64,000 bases of DNA. Origin: Octopus vulgaris (lineage: Eukaryota). The stretch's first letter is position 1. Every line of letters starts with the position of its first letter. The stretch lies in assembly GCA_951406725.2 (NCBI GenBank), contig OX597815.1, positions 116,250,001 through 116,314,000 on the forward strand, given 5' to 3'. The position numbers were made by a program, and so were the translations under genes. The notes below the pieces were generated by a model, which did not search any database, had not been told where the DNA came from, and was given only the letters and a program-made list of their open reading frames with translations. Positions 40,875 through 52,162 of this stretch are shown piece by piece.

Positions 40875-41132
40875 CTATACAGAACACAAAGGTAACATTA
40901 GGTCTGTTCCAGAACAAATGGTTATCCTACCAGAATAACAATGGCTTCAAATTTTGTAAAGTGACCAGTAATTTTGGGGGAGAAGATAAGTCAATTACAC
41001 TGAACCCAGTATCCAACTGGTACTTTCTTGTGCATTATTGTTTGTCCTGTTCATGCATTTTTGGTTACTTTTTCTGATGATTTGTAGTGCCCCAGATCAT
41101 TGTATATAATAAGTTTGTTATTATTATCATAA

Positions 41133-41430
41133 AGGCGGCGAGCTGGCAGAAACATTAGTATGCGGGGCAAAATGCTTAGCAGTATTTCATCTGTCTTTAC
41201 ACTCTGAGTTCAAATTCCACCAAGGTTTGATTTTGCCTTTCATTCTTTCAGGGTCAATAAATTAAGTACTAGTTGCATACTGGGTCGATCTAATCGACTG
41301 GCCTCCTCCCCAAAAATTTTGGGCCTTGTGCCTAGAGTAGAAAAGAATTGTTAGCATGCCAGGCAAAATGCTTAGCAGCATTTGTTCCATGTTTATGTTC
41401 TGAGTTCAAATTCTGCCAAGGTCAACTTTC
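41133..41430 (+). mobile_element. SINE family A copies (CpG-decayed)
   Basis: Family core with CG changed to TG/CA. Similar copies lie at 43060-43280, 46525-46735 (minus) and 60005-60445. Confidence 0.85.
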
Positions 41431-41812
41431 AGGACCTGACATTTCCTCTGCATGTCATAAAAAGCAACTAAAAGCGGTTGAGGTGGGATTTGCACTTTGA
41501 GCCCGTAAGATGCTTACCAGCAACAACTACCTAAAATAGAGCCATGGGTTGGAGGGTTGTTGCCTGAGTGGTTCAAAGGTGTCATCCATCAAGAGTAGGG
41601 ATTCACCAACAGATGGTGGATGTAGAGTCATACTGTTACAGCGCGTACCCCATACTACAACTACTGCAACAACAACAGCTGCTGCTGCTGCTGATGCTAC
41701 TACTACTACTTAGTATGGGGCATGCATTAAACATGACGTCTCCAAGTCTAGCATGGCTCACTTTATCGATAATGTAGAATTAGTTTTATCACAATAGTTT
41801 TATGGCATTAGT

Positions 41813-41848
<36 letters not shown>

Positions 41849-41966
41849 CCATAGCTATGATATGCAGCTATTTTATTTGATTAGTAACTAAGGCAATAGT
41901 AATAAAGTTTTTGAAATATGAGTAGGAGAGGAATGTCTGCTCATAAAATCTCAGCAATATTGGAAC

Positions 41967-42537
41967 TACACTACCGTCAGAAATTAATTAGCACCCTTGA
42001 TTTGCTCACCATGAAGCATGGTGGAGGTGGTCTGATGGTGTGAGGGGCGTTCAGCTACAGTGGTGTTGGGCGGCTCTATGCCGTCGAAGGCAACATCATC
42101 GCAGCAAAGTACGTTGAGATAGTACGGGATACCTCTTTGGTGGCGAGGAGTACGTGCTGGCCAGTCACCTGACCTGAACCCTATTGAGAACCTCTGGAGT
42201 CGATTGGGTAGGGATTTGAATGTGCAGCAATACAGGAACCGACACGAGCTGTTTGGGGCACTTCTTGCTGCATGAGGGGCCATCCCTGCACAGTACCTGC
42301 AGGCACTCATAGACAGCATGCCAACCCGCATAGCAGCTGTCATTGCTGCCAAAGGAGGAGCAACAAGATATTGACTAAATTTCACGATTAATAACAATTA
42401 TGTGGTGTGCTGGGATATGTTTTAATAAATTTTTGATTAAAAACGAGTTCATTTCTGATAATAAGTTAATTAAATTAAGAAAATGTAAGAAAATGTAGAA
42501 ATTTGAGAAGTGCTAATTAATTTCCGACGCAAGTGTA
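41967..42537 (+). mobile_element. Internally deleted Tc1-family transposon, TA TSD
   Basis: TA|CACTACCGTCAGAAATTAATTAGCAC ... GTGCTAATTAATTTCCGACGCAAGTG|TA. It encodes MKHGGGGLMV, SPDLNPIENLW and LIDSMPTRIAAVIAAKGGATRY. Confidence 0.93.
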
Positions 42538-42647
42538 TATTACCTTCACAACAAGTTTTCAGTTAATTTACTATTTATTTGCTACCTGTATTCAATCATA
42601 AGTTTTGTTTCACATATGTCAATAGCCTCTCGTACAAATCGAAACAA

Positions 42648-42812
42648 TTTATATTATAGTACAAGTAGAAAGATATATTTTTTCAACACGTAAGTACTGA
42701 TAGAACAGAATATATAGGATAAAATCCTTACAGAGCAGAAAATCCTATATATGCTGTTCTACCAGTACTTACGTGTTGAAGAAATATGTCTTTCTACTTG
42801 TTCTACAATACA
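42648..42812. repeat. Inverted repeat, arms of about 70 bp with a 21-nt spacer
   Basis: 42657-42720 versus 42742-42805 differ at only about 5 positions. Confidence 0.85.
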
Positions 42813-43981
42813 TTTCAGTGCTTCAAAAACAAACTTATGTTTGTTTACATATAACACAATTTATATTATTTATATTAATATTCTTTCTTCAAAAACAATA
42901 CCTTTGTATCACCAATTTTTGATGCCAAAATTTACATTGATTTTTTTTTTTCATAAGATTTCTCAAAATTTGTGAGATTCTGGAATTTTATTTATCTGTT
43001 TTTTTATTTCTTTACCCAACATATTCGACTTTCTGGCACTTCAGTATTATTAATATAGTAAAGGCAACAAGCAGGCAAAATCTTTAGCACACTAAACAAA
43101 TGCTTAGTGACATTTCACCTGTCTTTACATTCTGAGTTCAAATTCTGCTAAAATCAGCTTTCCTTTCATCCTTTTGGGGGTCAATAAAATAAGTACCAGT
43201 GGGGCACTGGAGTCAAGGTAATCAACCAGTACCTCCCACAAAGTTTCAGGTCCTTATACCTACAGTAGAAAGGATTATTATTAATATAGTAAAATAATAG
43301 AGCTAGTGGTGGTCTGCATCAACAAAAAGGAATACAAATAGTTCAAATAGTGGATTAGGTTTTACACTGTAAGGAAGGAAAGTATATCTTTTCAGGTACT
43401 TGAGAGTAAGAGAAAGAGAGAAATAAAGATTTTAACACTAAGGCAGAACTGAAGAGAAGATAAAGACTTGTAACACAGAGGAAAGCTGGAAAATTCTAGT
43501 AGATAAGCTTCTGAAGGTAACATACCAAATCTGTACCCAGTGCAAGGTTCCATCCTGACGCAAGGTGATGTGTTACTGGAACAATACTCAAGATAGAGCC
43601 ATAAAACCTTAAAGACAAGCTTGCAAAAATGGGAGAAAGAGGGTACCAAATAGCTAGGGTACAGTAAGAATTGTGCATATGATCTGCAATACAAGGATCA
43701 GAGGTATGAGGTTGTGCAAATTACAAGACTTGGAGAAATTTGGAATGCTGTTGCAAAGAGATGTGTATATAAAAAGATATCATCACTCTTGCCCTTAGAA
43801 GAATGGAAGTATTTTAATGAGGTGTTGGATGAGAAGAATACATGGGAAAGTGATAGCCAACCCTAAGTAAACCCAGCAGAAGGATCAGTTATACCAGTTG
43901 ACAGCAGTGTGACTGACAGAGCGAAGAAAGATATGAAAGCAAAGAAAGTATTTGGGCCATAAGAAAGACTCACTGAGAGGA

Positions 43982-44210
43982 TTAACCCTTTAGCATTTAA
44001 ACTGGCCATATCCTGCCAAAAGTATTCTCCCTGTTCTATGTTCAAACTGGCCAGATCTGGTCTCTCACACCAACACTACAATATCGTTTTAAAAATTAAC
44101 AGCTACCTCATCAAAATCTCATAGCTACAAGATAATGCATGATTAGTTCAAAACAATGTGGATGAATAAGCATTAATTTTGGCAGAATAATGCGAACACT
44201 AAAGGGTTAA
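43982..44210. mobile_element. piggyBac-type MITE, TTAA TSD
   Basis: TTAA|CCCTTTAGCATT ... AACACTAAAGGG|TTAA. A partial copy lies at about 37410-37486. Confidence 0.85.
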
Positions 44211-44569
44211 ACTATTCACAAGGTAATAAATTAAATATTAAAATAAGTAACATGGTAATAAATTAGTCAATCAGGTAATACAGGTGTTATACCCTATGAC
44301 CAGTATAGTAGTATCATTAACACTTGCTACAAGGAAAAAAGAGATGCTCTAGAAAGAGTTAAGACATTGACAGATCAAGTTTTGAAATACACTGGAAGAG
44401 TTACTGCACAACTGTTGAGGGAGAGGCTGAGATGAGATGCAGTTCAAGTTTGTTCCTGGAAGAGATGCTACCAAAAGCCTTTGCTTTGTGAGACAATGAT
44501 GAGAAATACCTAATGAGCTACTGTAACTAGTATTCATAATCCTGAAGAAGGCCTTTGGCAGGAGTAGGC

Positions 44570-45084
44570 CAGCCTGGATAAACCATTAAGCAAAATAAGT
44601 TTGTGCTTAGAGCATCAAGGGAATTAGAGCACTACCACAGAAATGGTGAACTTTAAACTTGCTAAAATAATATTCAAAGCGGTTTATATGATTAGAAATA
44701 TAATTTCAAAGTATTCATGATGTTGTTGTGACGATCTGATCAAAGTCTTTACAATTAAAAAAAGTAGGAGAAAATTTTTCAAATATAAAGAAGAAGTATG
44801 GAAAAATAAGTATTACTTTCCATCTTATTCATTTCATTTTATTCATTTATTTGTTTCAGTCAATTGACTGCGGCCATGCTGGAGCACTGCCTTTAGTCAA
44901 ACAGATCGACCCCAGAACTTATTCTTTGTAAGCCTAGTACTTATTCTATCGGTCTCTTTGCTGAATTGCTAAGTTATGGGGATGTAAACATACCAGCATC
45001 GGTTGTCAAGCAATGTTGGGGGACAAACACAGACACACAAACACACACACACATATATACATAAATATATATATATATATATAT

Positions 45085-45139
<55 letters not shown>

Positions 45140-45435
45140 ACGGGCTTCTTTCAGTTCCCATCTACCAAATCCACTCAAAAGGCTTTGGTCGGCCCAAGGC
45201 TATAGTAGAAGACACTCAAGGTGCCACTCAGTGGGACTGAACCCGGAAACATGTGGTTGGTAAGCAAGCTATTTACCACACAGCCACGCCTATGCCTTAT
45301 TGTTAGTTTTGTTTCACTTTGAAAAATAATTTATTTTATGGTTTATTATTGTTTATATTTGGAATTACATATATATATGGAGGCACCAAAATCTTTTAAG
45401 TGCTTAGGGCCTCTATAGGTCTTAATCCAGCCCTG
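44570..45435. mobile_element. hAT-like MITE containing a family B SINE (about 44845-45295, minus)
   Basis: Ends CAGCCTGGATAAACC ... TTAATCCAGCCCTG. A second, inverted copy lies at about 51210-51632. Confidence 0.65.
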
Positions 45436-46374
45436 GATAGATGAATAGTTAAGGATAGATGAATGGTAAAGAAGGCTGTGTAAGTCAATGTGCAGTATGT
45501 AAACTGAGAGTTGGCAACAAATTTAGCATGCAGGTAGGGGTCCAATCACTCCCTAGCCTTGTTCCAGTTACCATTGTCTCCTGAGCCATAAGAGAGGAGC
45601 TTAAGATTAGCTGCCTGTGAGAAATTTTATACGTTAATGACCTACATCTTATGGCTGATAGCTGCTTCTGCAGTAGAACTAGAAAAGAAATTCCAGACAT
45701 GAAGGCAAAACCTAAAAACAGGAGGCCTCAAAATAAACTTAGTAAAGTTTTAGTATGTAGGAAAGAAGGAAAATGACAGAACTTACAGTGTACTAAGGGT
45801 AAACTGTGGATGCTCAAGAGATGCAATGAAATCAGGGGCAGGAGAATGGAGAAAGTAAATTTCATATGTAGCAGATGCATAAGGGAATCAGCACTAAAAG
45901 TACATGTAAAATAGATTATAGGACATAAACACTGTTATTCTAGGGATGTCAATGTAGGACAGACATGGAGACAGACATAGAAACACAATCACATATATAC
46001 ATAACTCAATCAGTCCCTCTCTTTCTCTTTCCCTCTCTTTACTTATATATATATATATATACGCCTATCTATCTATATCTATCTATCTATCTATCTATCT
46101 ATTTACGCACACACCCATCTGCATATATACATACACATATATACACACATTTATATATATATATAAATATATATATACTATTCATATAAAATATCATGTA
46201 CATTATCGTGTACACGATTATCATGTACAAATGTACGCAATATTTTATATTTTATATGAATAATATATAGTCTATTGACTAAATTTTTTGCACTAGGCCA
46301 CTGGTAATAAAGTTTTCTATAATTCTTATTACCCTAAAATTATTTATTATATTTTGAATGATATATATATATAT

Positions 46375-46806
46375 AGAATGGGCCAAAAGTCATGCACAAA
46401 ATAAATTCTAAACACACCGAAATTGAAGACATGCTTCAATTTTTCTAAAATTGAATAAAATAAATAAAATTATGATAAATACACACATGCTGAACAAAAT
46501 GAATAATAATAACAACAATAATAATTCTTTCTACTAAAGGCACAAGGCCTGAAATTTAGGGGGATGGGACTAGTTGATTGCATCGACTCCAGTGTTTCAC
46601 TGGTACTTAATTTATCAACCCTGAAAGGATGAAAGTCGACCTTGACGGAATTTGAACTCAGAACGTAAGGACAAGTGAAATGCCACTAAGCATTTTGCTT
46701 GGCATGTTAATGATTCTGTCAACTTGAGGCCTTAATAATAATAATTTAAATAATAATGTAATATAAATGTCAAACATTTTGCTGCATGACTTTTGGCCTA
46801 CCCTGA
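46375..46806. mobile_element. Tc1/mariner-type MITE containing a family A SINE
   Basis: TIR GGGCCAAAAGTCATGCA.AAAAT / TTTTGCTGCATGACTTTTGGCCTACCCTG. Confidence 0.7.
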
Positions 46807-47164
46807 ATGTATATACATATATCATCATCATTGTTTAACATCCGTTTTTCCATGCTGGCATGGGTTGGATGGTTTGACGTGGAACTGGCTAGCTGGAAGC
46901 AGTCCAGACTCCAGTTGTTTATTGTGGCATGATTTCCATGGCTGTATGCCACACACACACACACATACTGTAATTTTCCAGCATATGAGTCAACATAGTA
47001 TATAGTGTAAGCATTCAAATATCATTACTATCTTTCTAAATACTGCAGCATTTTGTATGGAAATGTTAGTCCCACAAAGTCACCCAGGTGTCATCTTGAC
47101 ACACATATTTTAACTGTAAAATTTGGTCAGACAAATTCAACTTGTATGTCAGAAAATATGGTGC

Positions 47165-47202
<38 letters not shown>

Positions 47203-48519
47203 ACGCACGCGTATGTCTATATGTATATATGAATATACCATTTATTTTCCTTATTGATATGACTAGTAGTATGTATCATTCTTTAATGAATTGTTTTAAG
47301 TGCCTAGATGTGAGTAAAAATAGATATTTTCTCAACCTTCCCACCATTGACTCAACAAAAGATCTAGGACGTGACAGCTAGAGGAATCGAGAGAGAGAAA
47401 GAGCTGCACCAAAACTTGGCTTGAACACAATTTCAGTACAATACAAAACAGTGGAGTGATGTGAAATATAGTGCTTTGTTCAAGAATACAATGCCTGGCC
47501 CAGGAATTGAAACCACAACCTTGATGATCATGAGCCCAACATTCTAACCACTATGCCACATGCCTTTATGCATGCACACACACACACACACATGCACACA
47601 TGCATATACAGATATACAAGCAGGACCATGTGGTTAAAAAGCTTTCTTTCCAACCATGTATGATTGGGTTCAGTCCTGCTGCACAGAACCTTAGGTAAGT
47701 CTCTTCTACTATAGACTATACCTCAGGCTCACTAAGCTTTGTGAGTGGATGTAATAACCAGAAGCTGAAAGAAGCCTGCTGTGTGTGTGTGTGTGTGTGT
47801 TATCATCATTATCATCCTTTAACGTCTGTTTTCCATGCTGGCATGGGTTAGGCAGTTTGAATAGAACTGGTAAGCCAGAGAGTTGCACCAGGTTCCAGTC
47901 AGATTTGGCATAGTTTCTATGGCTGGATGCCCTTCCTAACGCCAACCACTCTGAAAGTGTAATGAGTGATTTTTACATACCACTAGCACAGGCATTGGCC
48001 ATGACACAGGCAATGGCCATGACTACAGTTTAATATATATATAGCTACAATGGTCCAGTGGTTAGATCAGTGGACTCAAGGTTGCAGTTTCAATTCCCAG
48101 ACCAGGTGCTGTGAGTGTTTATTGGGTGAAAACACCTTAAAGCTCCACAAGGCTCTGACAGAGGGTGGTGATGAACCCTGCTGTACTCTTTCACCACAAC
48201 TTTCTCTCACTCTTTCTTCCTGCTTCTGTTGTACCTGCATTTCAAAGGGCCAGCCTTGTCACCCTCTGTGTCACGCTGAATACTCCGAGAACTACGTTAA
48301 GGGAACATATGTCTGTGGAGTGCTCAGTCAATGGCATGTTAATTTCACAAGCAGGCTGTTCTGTTGATTGGATCAACTGGAACCCTCATTGTCGTAACTG
48401 ACAGAGTGCTACAAATATATATATATATACATACACACATAATATGTGAATATTATATATGGTTTTATATATATATACATACACACACACATACAGACAG
48501 AAACACACACATACACAAA

Positions 48520-49290
48520 TCATCATCAGCATCTTTTAACATCTGTTTTCCATGCTGGCATGGATTGGACAGTTTGACTGAGGTCTGGAAAGCTAGGGGG
48601 CTGCACCAGATGCCGATCTGACCTGGCAAGGTTTCTACAGCTGGATGCCCTTCCTAATGCCAACCACTCCGAGAGTGTAGTAAGTGCTTTTTATATGCCA
48701 CTAGCAAAGGAGCCAGTCAGGTGGCACTGGCATCAACCATACTTGAATAGAGCTTTTATGTTCCACTGGCATGGGAGTCAGTCAGGTGACACTAGCATCG
48801 ACCACGCTTGAATGGTGCTTTTTACATGCCAATCAAGCAGTACTGGCATCAGCCATGACAATGATTTCACTTGATTCAACAGGTCTTCTCAAGCACAATA
48901 TATTGCCCAATGATTGCAGGGTACTCTTAAATGGGCTGGTTATGCAACACTGGCATAGGCCACAGCTACAGTCTCACTTGGCTTGCCAGATCTTCTCAAG
49001 CACAGTATATCGCCAAAGGTCTTGGTTGCTTATCATTGGCTCTGTGAGGCCCAATGTTCAAGGGTCATGCTTCATCACCTCATCCTAGGTCTTCCTGTGT
49101 TTACCTCTTCCACAAGTTTCCTCCACTGTTAGGGTGAGACATTTTTCATACAGCTGTCCTCATCCATACACAGCACATGACCACACCAGTGCAGTCGTCT
49201 CTCTTGCACACCACATCTGCTGCTTCTTACATCCAACTTTTCTCTCAGAGTGCTTACACTCTGGCATGTATGCACACCAACATTACACAT
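48520..49290 (-). mobile_element. RTE LINE 3' fragment (ORF end, 3' UTR and (GAT)n tail)
   Basis: Collinear with 52163-52850. About a dozen tail-only copies occur between 34960 and 62235. Confidence 0.85.
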
Positions 49291-49733
49291 CAAACGGAGT
49301 ATACTGGTTTAACATCCACCTTCCATGCTGGTATGAGTGGGATGGTTTCACCAGAGCTGGCAAAGCAGAAGCCTGCACCAGATTTCTGTAACTGTTTTGG
49401 CAGGATTTTTATAGCCCTTCCTAACACCAACCACTCAGCAGAGTGGACTCAGTGCTTTTTATGTGGCACAAGCACAGGTGAGGTCAGTTTTGGTACGGTT
49501 TGTTACAGCTGGATGACCTTCCAAATGCCAGCCACTTTACAGTGTGGACTGGGTGCTTTTAAGTGGCACCTGCACTGACAGTGTCCCCATGTACTTGCAA
49601 GACAAAAAGAAACCCTCTTTTGAGAACTGAGCGGGGAATTGGAGAAGGTGATCTTGTGTCAGAAGATAAAAGGTTATAGTGAGGCCGAGAGACAGAAATA
49701 GGTGTCTTGCTGTAGAGGAGATACAGGATTAGC

Positions 49734-49816
<83 letters not shown>

Positions 49817-50378
49817 GAAACTCCAACTTTTCAATGTCACATTTGCTGAAAGCATGCAAAATAACCTGGAAAAGAAAAAACCCACAAAAATTCTGTGGCT
49901 GGGAAACTCAGAGTTTTCTGATGACCCAATGGGTCACGGGTAGTCTAGTCTAGTATATATATATATATAGGTGGTGAGCTTGTCAAAGTCATCAGCTGCT
50001 TAGTGCTATTTCATTTGTCTGTGCATTCTGTGAGTTCAAATTCCACTGAAGTTGACTATGCCGTTCATCCACACACATATATATATATATATATACATGT
50101 GTATGTCTTTGTGTGTCTGTGTGTGTGTGTGCATGTATGTGTATATGTGTTTCTATGTATATTAATGTTTGTAGAAAAACAATATAACCTTAAACTGGAG
50201 GATTATACAATAGTTTTTAAGAGACTACATGTTTATTAAACTTTTATAAAGAAAAGGTTGACAGTGACTTCGAAGTGTCAGCTTGCTCTCCCTCAGTCTG
50301 CTTAAGGCAAGCAAGCTGAAAGTACACAGTAATTGTCAACATTCTCCTTGTAAAAGTTTAATACATACATACATATAT

Positions 50379-50422
<44 letters not shown>

Positions 50423-50742
50423 TCATCATCATCATCATCATCATCATCGTTTAACGTCCGCTTTTCATGCTAGCATGGGTTGGACGATTTGACTGAGGCC
50501 TGGCGATATATACAATGATATATATATTTATATATGTATCATCATCATCATCGCATATATATATATATTTAGAATGGGCTTCTGCAGAGTTTTCATCAGT
50601 CGCAATCAGTTTCACTCACAAGGCATTAATTTGATGGTCTAAGGGCATAGTAGAAAACACTCATCCAAAATGCCAGAGGGATTGAACCAGAAACCACATG
50701 GTTGCAAAGTGAACTTCTAAACCACACTACCATACATGTAAA

Positions 50743-50810
<68 letters not shown>

Positions 50811-52009
50811 CAGCTGTAATTTCATTTGTAGATATATCTGCTACTGTATTTTTTTTTCATCTGTCACTCCCATCTTCCAGTCACTCCTTCTCATCATCTT
50901 ATCATAGTCTTCTACACTTTCTTCTTTTTTCTGTATCACTTCTATCTTCCATGTACCCCAAGGCTTACCAAGCCTTTTGATACTATTTCCTCACACAGAC
51001 TTACATTAATCTGTAATTCTGTTCACTCCTGTCAGCATATTCCATTTACTCCTCACTTACTATGATTACCCTTGTTATTACCTCCTTGCCCAGCCTTCTC
51101 TATTTTCGTCTACCTCACCCATCACTCTGACTACCACTCACATTTACACCCTCCCACATCACTAAAGCGTCATCTCACACATACAACTGCATTCTTGCTT
51201 TGCCTACTCCAGGGCCAGATTGAGACTAATACAGATCCGAAGCACTTAAAAGATTTTGGTGCTCCCATATGAATATGTAATTCAAAATATAAACAATAAT
51301 AAACCATAAAATAGATTTTTTGTTTTTCAAAATGAAACAAAACTAACAGTAAAATGGAAAATAATGGTTTTCTTTTTGTATGCTTCCATTTATTATTTGA
51401 AAAGTTTTCTTCAACTTTTTTTAATTGCACCATGAATACTTGAATACTTTGCACCATGAATACTTTGGAATTATATTTCCAATCATATAAACCACTTCAA
51501 ATATTATCTTAGTGAGTTTAAAGTAATTTCTTTTGTGCTTAGACCATTACCATTTCTTTTGCCATCTTGGTTCCCCACTTCCTGGATGTCCTAAGCAAGT
51601 TCTTCTTTTGTTTAATGGTTAATCCAGTGCTAGCTTACCCCATTGTCTTTTCAGTGAATTAGTGCCATCATTAGATTACTGGATAGAATGCTTTGCAGTA
51701 TTTTATTCCAAATTTCTTCACCATGAGTTCAAATGCAACTGAGATCAGTTTTGCTTTACATCTTTTTTGCTGGGGCCAAGTGATGAAAAAAAGAGAAAAA
51801 GTACAGGGCACAAGTATAGCTGTTTGTTTTGCAACCATGTGGTTTGGGGTTCAGTCCTACAGCAAGACACCTTGGGCAAGTGTTTTCAACAATAGCTTCA
51901 GGCCAACCAACATATTGTGAGTAAATTTCGTAGATGAGAACTGTGTATAAACCTGTCATTTATATACATGTGTGTGTATGTATATACATATATATATACA
52001 TACATAGAC

Positions 52010-52076
<67 letters not shown>

Positions 52077-52089
52077 TACATATATATAC

Positions 52090-52120
<31 letters not shown>

Positions 52121-52162
52121 CATATGTACATATATATATATATATATATATACATATGTACA

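Larger units (their letters stand above)
43395..45930 (+). pseudogene. Ancient RTE LINE relic fragmented by nested insertions
   Basis: ESWKILVDKLLKVTYQICTQCKVPS aligns with [22 protein letters not shown] of the young RTE. DEMQFKFVPGRDAT occurs at about 44430. Confidence 0.75.

Noticed and set aside
49815-49953. Strong minus-strand acceptor (TTTTCTTTTCCAG) before VILHAFSKCDIEKLEF
   Set aside because: The frame runs into (CT)n without a good donor, and the adjacent sequence looks like a Helitron 3' end (hairpin plus CTAGT).
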